A DNA stretch of 63,702 bases, the filler included, from Atractiella rhizophila (taxonomy: Eukaryota): NCBI GenBank assembly GCA_021432655.1. It is 5 parts of 5 records of this genome, joined end to end, with 100 filler letters (N's around TTAATTAATTAA, not from the genome) between each part and the next. Parts side by side here need not be neighbours in the genome. Positions count along the whole stretch, not along the records: positions 16,485 to 32,822 come from MU271905.1; positions 32,923 to 49,259 come from MU271906.1; 3 more parts are not named here. One strand, 5' to 3'. The position numbers were made by a program, and so were the translations under genes. Under the pieces are notes generated by a model. It made no database searches, had not been told where the DNA came from, and worked only from the letters and a program-made list of their open reading frames with translations. Numbering within the stretch: the stretch's first letter is position 1; every line of letters begins with the position of its first letter. This document shows positions 23,215-34,882 of the stretch, piece by piece.

Positions 23215-25448
23215 ATGTCGACCCCCGTCCTTGTGATGAACACTGCGCCTGAGCGACAGACAGGTCGCAAGGCTCAAATCTCTAATATTCAGGCAGCAAA
23301 AGTAGTGGTGCGTCTTTCCTTCTTCACTAGTTGATCATCAAGTCGAAGTAACCTTTGCATCATGGAAGGCGGACGTAATACGAACATGTTTGGGCCCTCG
23401 TGCTATGTTGAAAATGATTCTCGATCCCATGGGCGGCATCCAGCTGACGAACGATGGAAACTCGATATTGAGGGAGATCGAGGTTGCCCATCCCGCTGCA
23501 AAGAGTATGATCGAGCTTTCCAGGACGCAGGATGAGGAAGTGGGTGACGGAACTACCAGTGTTATTATTCTCGGTGCGTTTTCTTCTCGCGCAATCGGGT
23601 GGCAGTTAGGAGAGACGCGTTTGGCGTATTCAATGCCTTTCGATTTCAACCTCGCTTTCGGAGGACTGCTTGATATATGCAACTGTGCATTGGCATAAAA
23701 TAGCTTTACAATCACATGCATGATGGACGCCAAAAGGCGATAGGGTTATTGACTTAATATTTATCCAACCGACATAACTGCCAGCTAGGAACAATACAAT
23801 GGAATGACAAAGAGGGAATACTGATCCAACCTGTTACTAGCCGGAGAGATCCTCGCCCAGACCCTCCCTTATATCGAACGGTCCATCCACCCTGTCCTTA
23901 TCATCCGGTCCTTCAAGATTGCTCTCACAGAAGCTTTGTCAATAATTAACCGTGTTTCCGTTCCCATCGACCCCAAAAATGAAGAGCAGATGCTGTCTCT
24001 GATCAAGACTTCGATCGGCACAAAGTTCGTTGGACGATGGAGCGATTTGATGTGCTCATTGGCTTTGAAGAGCGTGAAGACTGTATGGAGTGAAGAAAGT
24101 GGAAGGCGAGAGGTGGATATCAAGCGATATGTGAGGGTGGAAAAAGTGCCGGGTGGAGAAATTGAGGATTCTGTGGTTCTGGACGGAGTGATGATCAACA
24201 AGGGTATCTTTCTTGGTTCTTTCTTTACAAAACATGAACTGACAAATAGCCAGACATCACGCACCCTGCGATGCGACGGCGGATAGAGAACCCTCGAATC
24301 ATTCTTTTAGACTGCACATTAGAGTATAAGAAAGGCGAATCACAAACTGATATCGAAATCGTGGATGTGAATCAGTGGAATCGGGCACTCAGTATTGAGG
24401 AAGAACAGATCGACCAGCTGTGCGCGAAGATTATTGAATTCAAACCTGATATTGTCATCACAGAAAAGGGAGTCTCTGGTACGTTGTCACCTTAACCATC
24501 CATTCGCCTCCATCTGAATGTTGCGGTAGACCGTGCCCAAGCCAACTTCGTTAAGGCCAACATAACAGCTCTCCGCCGTGTGCGAAAGACAGACAACAAC
24601 CGTATCGCGCGTGCAGTGGGAGCTACGATTGTGAATAGGGTTGAGGACCTGCGGGAAGCGGATGTTGGGAAAGATTGCGGGCTTTTCTACATTGATAAAA
24701 TTGGGGATGAGTGCGTTAATCTCTGTCTCATTCCTATCCACTAATTCATGCGACTGCGACAGATATTTCACTTTCATCGTGAAATGCAAAAACCCCAAGG
24801 CCTGCACCATCCTTCTTCGCGGCCCTTCCAAAGACATCCTACAAGAAATCGACCGCAATCTAGCAGACGCCATGGCAGTGGCGCGTAACGTAGTCTTCGA
24901 CCCACGTCTCGTTCCTGGAGGCGGTGCTACTGAGATGGCGATTGCTGTGGGGCTTGCAAAAAAGGCGAGGAGCATTGAAGGAGTGGAGGGGTGGCCAATT
25001 CGAGCAGTTAGTGAGGCAATGGAGGTCATTCCAAGGACGCTCATCCAAAACGCTGGCGGTCACGCTATTCGGGGACTGACTGCTCTCAGGGTACGCTCTC
25101 CTTTCCTCTCCTGATTGAGATTGATTGGATGCTGGACGAAAGGCGAAACAAGCCAGCGGAGAACATTTTGCTGGGATCGATGGAGAGACGGGGAAGATAA
25201 CAGATATGCGAGAATACGGACTGATGGAGTCTGCGGCTGTGAAAGTGCAGACTATCAAGACGGCTATCGAGTCGGCATGCCTGCTTTTACGGGTCGATGA
25301 GTGACGTCGTTTATTCCTTTCTTGAATATTACTGATGAGATTTCGTAACAGTATTGTCAGCGCAAAGCGACAAAAGGACAGAGGCAGCGGAGGAGATATG
25401 GGAAGTGGACCAGGCATGGGAGATGGAGACCAAGATCAAGAACAGTGA
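23215..25448 (+). CDS. CCT3: T-complex protein 1 subunit gamma
   Basis: [96 protein letters not shown]; divergent from RPL39 across ~190 bp. Confidence 0.96.
23600..23783 (+). ncRNA. Candidate structured RNA element in CCT3 intron 2 (class unknown)
   Basis: Intron 23574-23840 is 267 nt; nested perfect helices TGGCAGTTA/TAACTGCCA and TTTGGCGT/ACGCCAAA plus internal hairpins. Confidence 0.35.
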
Positions 25449-26740
25449 AATAAAATGTAACTATTATCAACATCACTCGCTCCGGATGAGGTATGAAAAC
25501 CTCGGGAGTGTGCGATTCGTGGGGATGCCAATTTCGATGTGGCCATTATTATGATGAGGGGAGTTATCAAGCAACCGAGGTACTACTAGACAGGTTTAAG
25601 CCCGTCCAAGTTTGAATGAGCAAACAAGACAGCAGGAAAGAGACTTTGCTACGCTTGTACCGTCGAGCTCAGCACTGCGCCATCTTCGTGATTGATCAGA
25701 AAGGTGTTTTATTCTTGCAACGCGATTGAATACGCAGAGTGGCCTGACCCGACATCCTGACGACCATGCTGGGGCTCATGATCATGGAATGAACTGAAAT
25801 AAAACGCAGACCATGATACTTTCTGCTTGTTCTCCCCTTACGCTACCTATCCACTGTAACATTTGCACTCAAGTCACACCATTTCTGGTTGGTTTTGATG
25901 ATGAAAGAAGGAGCTGTGACATGTGATTGGAAGGCCGATTACAGGCGAGATTGGACCAGGAAAGTGGAGATTAAAGAGAATAGCAACGTCTGAGTCCCTT
26001 CTGTCCTTGAGTATGTCTTTGGGGCTTGACCGCTGTGGTTCGTAAAAAAAAATTGGATTCGCCTTACTTGGTTTTACATGAGATAGGGAGGAGGAATTCT
26101 AGCAAGGGAGGACGGTGCAGCGACATGAGTATGAAAACTCGTATGTTGCGATACCAGCCGGAGTTGCGCACTCTATAGAGGTGCAAGAGATATGAGGAAC
26201 GATATGAAGGAAGCAGCGAGCAGGGAGGAAAGGGAGAATGATGACGCGATGAGAGGACTCTAGGCTGCCGTGTCGTGCCGTTAATCTTCCTCTATCGCGA
26301 CCCGACAAGCCGCGACAAGCGATAGCTCTCCAGTCTCCTTCCGCCTTGCCTATTGTCATAGAAATGTTCTTGGCTGGATGAGACGGCCCTGGATTTGGAC
26401 GGCACAAATGCCTAGCGCGTCAACCACCACGCTCTCGCAGCTCCTGCGGTCTTGCTGATTGATCCCGGCAGAATTATCCGTTCTTGCCATAAAAGCTGTA
26501 CGCCTTCCCTTGTTCCTTTTCCCTAGCCCAGGTCTGGTTCCTCTCGCCTCAAAAAGAATCGCACTTCATTTCTCCTTCCTCCGTTCCAACGTTTACGAAC
26601 GAGTTCCCAGGCTCAGGTTAGCTTGCTTGCTGTTCATTTCGAGTTTATAGCTCTAGGCTGGTACCCCATCGTCGTATTCACCTATTAACGTCTAAATCCA
26701 CCTTCTTTATATTCTTCCTGAAATTCTTCACTTTTCAAAA

Positions 26741-28802
26741 ATGAGGTCATACGCCCTCATCACGCTCTCTGCTCTTTTGGTACAACAAGCGGCCGCACAT
26801 GCAGTCGTCACGCAAGTGCAGGGGGAAAATGGAGTAACGACTACTGGTTAGTTTTTCTTCCAGTCATTTCAGTCGCCTGCTCATCTCCTCAACAGGGTTT
26901 GGAGTCAGTGCGTGATTTCTAGTACACAGCTGTGCATATTTGAAACGAAATTTTCTTCAAGTTGACGGTGTATCCCGTGATGGATTGGACGAACAAGACT
27001 TTCAAATCGATACCTCAGTCTTCAAGGATCTCGTCAGTAATCCTTGTGGTGCGTGCATCTGCACAAGCTGTTGTGCTTTGAATGAACTGGCATGCAGGTG
27101 AAACAATTGGAGGCGGCAGTGTCGACATTGCGACCAACCTGGCCGCTGTTGAAGAGCAAGGAGGTGGACAACTGCCTTCGCTCACGAGCGACCTCGTCAT
27201 CAATATGAACATTCACCAGGTCAACGCTGACGGTGGTGGACCTTTCTTCGCCATGTTCAACGTCGTCAGTCACTACTTAACACCCTGAATTTCCTAATCT
27301 TGTGCATAGGATGGAACTGGTAAGACTTGGGAAGATGCCACAATTACGGTTCAGGCTCCAGGAGCGAGGGGTCTCATCGAGTGCGTCCTGCTATGTACAT
27401 GGCAATCTCAGTGCACAGCTGATTTGACGTCTGTAGTGGAGGCGCTCTTGACAGCCCACTTGCAGTTCAGCTTCCTGAGGGTACAGTGTGCACAGGTGGA
27501 ACCAATGGCGATGGCTAGTTTTCACCCAACGTAGCACCAATTTATTGCTGACATAAAGCGAACCATAGCATGCTTAATTCGTGTTTCTAATGGTGGTACT
27601 GATAGCGTGGCAAATGGCCCTGGTCCATTTGGCTCTTGCTTGGCAGTCCAAGTGAGTGTTCCCTCTTTGCGCAACCTGAGGCAAACCTGATTCTCATGCT
27701 CAAGAACCCTGATGCCAACGCTGCGACTTCCACGTCCACGTCCACGTCCAATTCCACGACGACAGCCACTGACAGTACCACTGGTACTGACAACAACAAC
27801 AATGGTGGCCGCCGTAACCGTCACAATCGCAACGGGAACAAGCATCGTCGCACGAGGTCCAGGAGATCTGTCCCCAACCCCACGAGGAGGAGCCTGATTG
27901 AGAGGAAGCTTCAAAACCGGGAAATTGTCAGGAAGAAGATTCAGGAAGTTGCAAATTCTCTTGCCAAGAGAGCGCTGTCCCTTTCTTCGGTTGATGTCAG
28001 CACTCTCAAGACCGTCATTGGGGCTGCTATCGGTTTGTCTTTTCTCATCCAAATGGATCTTTGCTCAACAAAGACAAAAGACACTCCTATCGATCTCGCT
28101 GCTGGTATTGACTCAACGGATCCTAACGGTGGCAGGGCCAACGTGGACACCACGAAGGCTCTCATCTCAATTCAAGAAGCTGAAAACATCAAGGAGGTCA
28201 GTTTCTTCACTCTCGTTACTATCACACGCTTTAAGACAAATGTATGTAGGCTGTTCGACAGGCTCTCACGGATGCCATTGACACTATCGCGACTGACCCT
28301 GGAGTGAAAGTAGACAACCCTACGACTTCTGACCAGGATATTCAAGCTGCCCAAGATCGCGCCCTGGCGGCCCTTGCTGATGGATCGCTCAAGAGTGTCT
28401 CCGTCGTATGTTCTTTTCTCTAGTCAGACACGAAACAAATTAACTGGGGTGACAATACAGGCGCCATCTGGAATTACTGGAGGTGACATTCGAGGAGAGC
28501 AGGGTCAAAATGCTCTCGGAGTTCAGACCGCAACTGACCTGAAGGCTGCTGCCACTGGAAGCTCCGACTCTGCAGCAGCAACCATAACAGCTGCAGCTTC
28601 TGCGGCTACTGTCACTGCGTACGCTTCATCACTATTGTTTAACTTCCCTCATATTTTTTCCGCCAGTTCTTCTACCGCGGCTACCCAGAGTGCTGCCTCC
28701 GGATCTAGCAATGCAGCAACCGGAAACGATGGTTTTGTTCGACTTGACAACAAAAAGGTGAAGAAGGTGAAGAGGAATCCGATGAAGGTTTCTTGGAAGT
28801 GA
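26741..28802 (+). CDS. Secreted Egh16-like (DUF3129, GAS1/CAS1-type) protein, full-length form
   Basis: Signal peptide MRSYALITLSALLVQQAAA then HAVV..GENG; GFGV..RDG..FQIDTSVF..CG.T.GG; IHQVNADGGGPF; DGTG; CTGG..CLIRV..GPFGSC; Ser/Thr linker, basic segment ending SLAKR and a further C-terminal region. Confidence 0.85.
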
Positions 28803-30588
28803 TCGTCGTGATCGCGTCATGGAATGTAAATATGGATTTGTGACTTAGACACTCGCTTGGTTGGGAAATGTAGTCGATTCCTTTGAGGCAGCATTATCAT
28901 TTTGGACACGTTCAGAATCACTCACAGTGGACAACTCATTTCGACATTTCGAGTTTGAGACCTGAAAATATCGCTTGTGCCTGCGGACAACGAGCCTCTC
29001 ACAAAATGACTCGCCAGTCTGCGTCAGTGCTATTCTCATGAAAGAGGACTATCCTCCTGCATTTGTGTGTAAGGAAAAAGCCTAACAGGCATTTTGTGAA
29101 GAAATTGAGTCCAAAAGTCAAGTTCTGGAGTCTGGCAGATGAAAGTTGATCAGAGGCGCATCCAGCTGACTCGCGATTACTCCTTCATTGGTCTGAATCT
29201 CATTCACATAGATCTTACATTCACATTCCCACAAGAGCAGAACAGACTCAACCCCGCTGACTGGAAGGACAAGACGATGACGGAGATCGAAGCATTGAGT
29301 GGAAGGCCCTAGATCAGCATCAATGGTTGCAGCATCCTCGGACCCTCCTTGAACCTTTCAAGCTTCAAAGGCGTGGCGCCTCCTCGATAGTCCATGCATA
29401 GAATCATAGCTCCTTAATCTTCCTTGTAACTTGCTTCTGTTGACAGTTTCTGAACGTTTGAGGCCTTGGATTACTAGAAGACTGAGCGACAATGGGCAAG
29501 AACATCGATGAATTTCCTTCGACTCGGAACAAGGCAACTTCTCCGGCACAGACAAGAAAAGCAATCACTGCCCTGCTGCCTTTTCGGTTTTAAGAGACCG
29601 AGGATTCGTGATTAGATCCAGATTGCACTGCATTGACGTTACTGTCAGACGTCTATGGAGCTCGAATGCAATCTCTGAACGAAAAAGGCCAGCTGTGTAC
29701 ACAAAAATAATCGTCTTCCTGTCAATGTCAAGGTTTTCGTACCTCTTGTTGAAACGAGAAGAGCGATCTCGGAAGTCTGGAGCCACGCAATTGATCACAA
29801 GTCGACCTAGCCACTACCCCAACACCTTGGTCAAAGCGATTGAAGGGAGCAAAGGTGGTGGATGGGATCGAAGGGAACGACGGCTTCTTCTCCGCCACTT
29901 CGTCGTGCTAGCTCCTCTTTTGCAGCCGGATGCTCCATTATGAGCTCCATTGCCCCCACTTCCCCTCCTCCACGGTCTCGTTGGAAGAAAGCAGTGACGG
30001 TTGTTCGGGTCTGATGACGTTTGAGTTGCCATGTTGACTGTCTTGCCTGTCTTTGGAGGTTGTCGTCCGCCATGAGCCGTGGACCGGGAAACCAGAGCCT
30101 CTTCCTTTGGAATGTGCCACTTGGTGCCTTTGCTGTGATCGGAAGAGGTTCTGATTGGCGAGCAGTGTGAGAAGGGATTACTTCGCAGTGGCTGAGCTCG
30201 TTTGGCGTACGCTGTGTTGAGGTACGTACGTCACGAATTTCCGCGAGCTTCCTTGGTTTTGATGACCAAGTTGAACGTCAACAGTCAACACTCTGCACTC
30301 TGAGAGGTTGTGCTGGAAGAATATTTCTGCTGATAATTCATGAAAGGGAGATACTTGTACTCTTGGAGGGATAGATGGGCAAGCGCCGAGACGAGGTCCA
30401 AGAACCGAATTGGCGGTGGGTTTGTCGCTCGGACGGTGGGCAGCGCCTTCTGCGGTTGCAGGGCGTGGCGAGGTCACGACTTCTTATAAGTGAGGCCCTG
30501 TAAGTTTCCCACCCCCCAGTTCAGTCTCCCAGGCCTAGGCGCCTCACCCATATCCATATAGTATCCATCCATTCGAAGAAGGCAAAGA

Positions 30589-31823
30589 ATGGCAACACAC
30601 AACATGAAGAGGGGCAACAGCATCAAACTTGATCAACCGACTCCTCTTGTGAGGACTTCATCAAACGACAACTATTATGGTCGTAAAGGTATCCCTCTCA
30701 ATCTTTCGCATGGCACAATAGTAACTGACAGAAATGGATCAGAAATATCCCAGCTTATCGAGCGCACGGTCTTCAAATTATTCCCCAAACATCGGGACAC
30801 CGACTCCGCTTCTCCCTTTAGACAGCTCGATCCTAACGCCATTCCCTCCTCTTCGTCGAAGGGAGGAGAGAGTGACGACTTCGCTTGGAGCTCAAAGTGC
30901 AACGAATCAGTGTCCCACTGGCTGGTTCGTCTCACCTCCCGTTTCTGAAGTGTGCAATGACCGAACTAATTTCTTGGACTCGCGACCAGGCGTGGGTTCT
31001 GTATCGGGCGAAACTGCCAGAGTTCATAATTCACCATTCACTCTACCTCCTCCACCGACTGTCCTCCACCTACTCGTTCACGATGTCGACCACCGACGAC
31101 CTCCTCCACCGTCGATTGATCTTCACTTCCCTCATCCTCGCCACCAAATATTCTCTCGACAATTCCTACACTAACGCTTCTTGGTCCGAAGCATCCAAAT
31201 ATCTCTTCTCCGTACGCGAGATCAGCCAGATGGAGCTTGAGGTACTGAGTTGGCTGGGCTGGCGTCTGGGCGAGCCAGATTTGGAGGCGAAGGTGGGACA
31301 GTGGATTGAGAGTTGCAAAAAGGAGGCTGCGGAGGAACCAGAGAGCCCTGTAGAGAAGGCCATCACGAATACAACCAGCCTGTTGAGAGCCGTACAAAGC
31401 GAATATCGACATAGGACGACTCGCACTGTAGCACCTTCTCTCCTCCGTCGACACACGTCCAAACGTGAGCGATTGAGGAATCGCATCCGTCACTCTCTCT
31501 CCATCTCACATGTCGACTCTCCTATTCTTGACGTGTCCTCTTCCTCGTCCGAAAACTCTTCATCTGGAGAAGAAACATCCAGTTCAGATGAGTACACCTC
31601 CCGACAGATGGACTGTTTTCCTTCTCCTTCGCCCTCTCCAAGGAAGAACTCGAAGGAGGTCATGGAGGAAAAAAGGACGAGTCTCACCCTGTCACAGAGT
31701 GCAATGATACCTCCACTTCTTGCTCATCTGTCGACTCAAATAATCCTCTCAACCTCTGGTTACGGAACAGCACATGGGCATGTACCTGGCTTTAACCTGT
31801 TGGTTGACCGGGTGCCTTGTTGA
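30589..31823 (+). CDS. Pho85-type (Pcl/Pho80-like) cyclin
   Basis: Cyclin box SLYLLHRL...RRLIFTSLILATKYSLDNSYTNASWS...REISQMELEVLSWLGWRL followed by a Ser-rich tail; 5' exon structure uncertain. Confidence 0.8.
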
Positions 31824-32402
31824 CCGTCCTCTGGCCGCTATCCCACTTTGTCACTCACAATTCCTAGCCTTTCATTTTTGGGGATCACCTATCTCCCTTC
31901 AGTTACCTACACTTCGTCTTTCCATTCCCTCGCTCTTCCCTTTCCCTTCACCTTCAAGCTCCTTCTCTTGTCTGTGATTTCGATGTTGTCCTTCCCAATT
32001 CCGTCAGCTTGATTCTCTACTTTGGACGTGGGTTCTGGTTTGTGTCTCCTGCATCATCGATTCATCTGAACAGTTTGTCTCATCACCAGCATTGTATAAA
32101 TACCTCATGACCATCGACATTAAGCAGTACAATTATTATCCAGACTGCCGTTACCAACCATTCTCCCTAATTATGCTGAGATGCAACCTGACACCAAAAG
32201 TGAGGATGTCATTCATTCAACGATCATGTGAGGGATACGGTATTGCCTATTTCTACACATCTGGATAATATTGTTACTTTAAGAGAAATCAGGTTGAAAA
32301 CACGATTGAGAACAGGAAACCTCATGGGATGGAGGAGCGCGGAGGAAAGGTTAATGTGAAAAGATCAAAGAGCAAAGAACATGAAAAAGCTAAACGAGAT
32401 AC

Positions 32403-32822
32403 TCATGCTGCTGGGTGACTTGGATACGGTATCGGGGTATAATACACTGGTTGTTGCTGTAGTGGAAGAGTCCTCAAAGCCTGAATCTGTTGTTGGGAAG
32501 ATGGCCCAACTGCTCGTGCAGCTGGTATTTGACCATTGGGATGCCCACTCGGGACGCGCTGAGGTTGAGAAACTGTGATAGGCATGGGACGCGAGGTGGG
32601 GGTGAGTGGATTGGGAGGCGGTTGCATCAAACTGCGTTGTGGAAACGGTTGTTGCATACCGGGGTTGACAGGAACGGTGGGTAAGCCAGAAAGAATCCTA
32701 TCAACGGCTGACAGCGGGCCGTCAATGCGACTGTAGCATCTGAGAAACTCTTCTCTCGCCGTCTTGACCTCAACCATCGCTGGAACGACGCTTTCTCTGA
32801 TGTCGTGTTCGATGGAGCCCAA
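32403..32822 (-). CDS. 3' end of an unidentified gene (helical segment followed by Pro/Gln-rich tail), truncated at contig end
   Basis: Open frame of 139 codons running out of the spacer; coding-like composition; no recognisable motif. Confidence 0.45.
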   Translation of the reverse strand: MGSIEHDIRESVVPAMVEVKTAREEFLRCYSRIDGPLSAVDRILSGLPTVPVNPGMQQPFPQRSLMQPPPNPLTPTSRPMPITVSQPQRVPSGHPNGQIPAARAVGPSSQQQIQALRTLPLQQQPVYYTPIPYPSHPAA

Positions 32823-32922
32823 NNNNNNNNNNNNNNNNNNNNNNNNNNNNNNNNNNNNNNNNNNNNTTAATTAATTAANNNNNNNNNNNNNNNNNNNNNN
32901 NNNNNNNNNNNNNNNNNNNNNN
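32823..32922. other. Artificial contig-joining spacer
   Basis: 44 N + TTAATTAATTAA + 44 N. Confidence 0.97.
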
Positions 32923-33754
32923 ATCGTCAGTTTCACTTCGTCCAATAGAAGTGAGAATGTACCAGTAGCGGCGACGGCATTGTTGGTTGAAGCAACGGGC
33001 ACGCATCCACCGAATCTGCATGTCAAGTCGTCAACCACTCTCCCTCCACTTAAAAGGGGACAAAGCACGTACCCGGAGTTGTTCTTGCACTGGACGATGC
33101 AACCAGTGGCAGGGCAGGACGTCCCTGCTGGCATAGCAGCGACGAGAGACGACGCCTGACCGACGTTGTTGCCCACTAATGACAACACATCCCAGTCAGC
33201 AATTGCAACTACGTCGATTGAAAGAAGGGACGAACCGTTTGTCTTGATCGTCAAGGGAGTGTTGAACGAGTTTCCGGTACCAGTGGTATCCAGAGCGCAG
33301 GTGTAAGGTCCACCTCCATCACCGTTGATCTGTTCGGATGCCACGCATGAGCGCCTTTAATTCGTCCAAAAGGAAAGGAAGGACGAACGATGAAGACCTG
33401 CATGTTCAGGTTACCGTTGGCATCAGGGGTGGCAATGCCATTAGCCGTGGCTATTGCAATTCGTTTAGTAGGCTGAAATGGGAAGGGACTGGAGAAAAGA
33501 CGCTCACAGGCAGCGAGAGCTTGAGCGGTATTTCCAACTCCACAGCTGTTGCCGCTGACACGAATCGCCTGTCCTTGGTTAGGGGTCTGAGACTGAACAC
33601 CAAGGCCAACGTTGGTGACTCCGTTTCCTCCAGCGATCTGTTCCCTTCGTCAGTCCTTCTAAAGAGTTTAAAAAAGAAAGCCTACGTTGGTCAATGCGGC
33701 GTGGGCATTAACGAGGGAGAGAACGGAAAGGAGAGTGAGAGCAGATCGATACAT
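32923..33754 (-). CDS. Secreted compact Egh16/DUF3129-like protein, paralogue A (His1 retained), 3'-truncated at contig end
   Basis: MYRSALTLLSVLSLVNA-HAALTN|IAGGNGVTNVGLGV..SCG..NLNMQVFI|INGDGGGPYTCALDTTGTG..AMPAGTSCPATGCIVQCKN..FGGCVPV. Confidence 0.8.
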
Positions 33755-34882
33755 TTCCGAAGGTCGGTCAAAAAGTTAAACTGTTGAGTTGGGATAGAAA
33801 CCGAGAGACGAAGAAGTTGGACAGGCTTGCTGGTGAAGGATTAGGTGAAGTGAAAGAAAGCGAAAGTGAGGGGCAACGTTCAACGTTTGAAAACCTGAAG
33901 GGACTGGAAACTGTGGGCGAAATGAGCTCTGCTTGACCGCAAAACAAGGAACTCTGGGATTCTTATAGCCCCAGGCGGCCGATCCCAATCGGGTATTTTC
34001 ATCGCACGTCAGGACGCGTTGGGGTGGAGAAGTCACGCTCGGGCACGCGAGACAACAAGGATCGAGGGATTACATGCGTGGAAGATGCAGCGTTGAGATG
34101 GCAACCCAGATTTCGCCGCAAGGATCTACCTACTCCTCCGCTCCTGGAGAAGATTCTCTCTCTGCAGGAAGACAAGAGACGTCAAGGAAGAGAACAAGGA
34201 AGAAACAGAGGTAACTGTGCCAGCCGCAACTGGTGACGGAGCTAAAGAAATGGAAGGAAGAAACTTCTTGATGCGACACATAATATTACGGCCTGTCAAG
34301 ATCATCGAGATCTAGCTTTCTGTCGTGTGCTGAAGCAAGAGGAAGCTGGAGCGGCCATGGAAACGATCACGATGAGCCGGAATCAGATCTGCAGAAGGTT
34401 CTCAAAGCGCCAACAACAAGCACCTGCTCAGATGAAAAATCATTGCGAGAATGTGGGAAAGCCAGCACTACTGCACGGCACACAAGGAGAACAACAGTCC
34501 AATGCGACAATCTATGAGCTCTATTATGTTGATGTGGCATCTAAGTCTGGGCCATAGAACACACGAGCCGTTAAAATCCAAGTGAGAGAAGTTGAGTGAA
34601 TGCTGTTATTGAACCTCTACCCAGAAAACTTTTTCCCCAATATGTGACACGTCTGCCTATCAGCTCTATCATGATCGTACGTGCTGTCAGAACAACATTT
34701 CAATAAATAAAGCAAGCAAGAGTTCTTTCTTTTGACTCTGGAGGCATTCAACCTTGAGTACTCTGAGAGTACCTTCTTCGCTAAGAAACCACACTACAGC
34801 GTGGCGGTGCACGTGGACTTGAACCAGACTACGGCTGCTCCAGCGCCACGTTTTCGGCTTCCACCCTGCCACTCCAACTACC

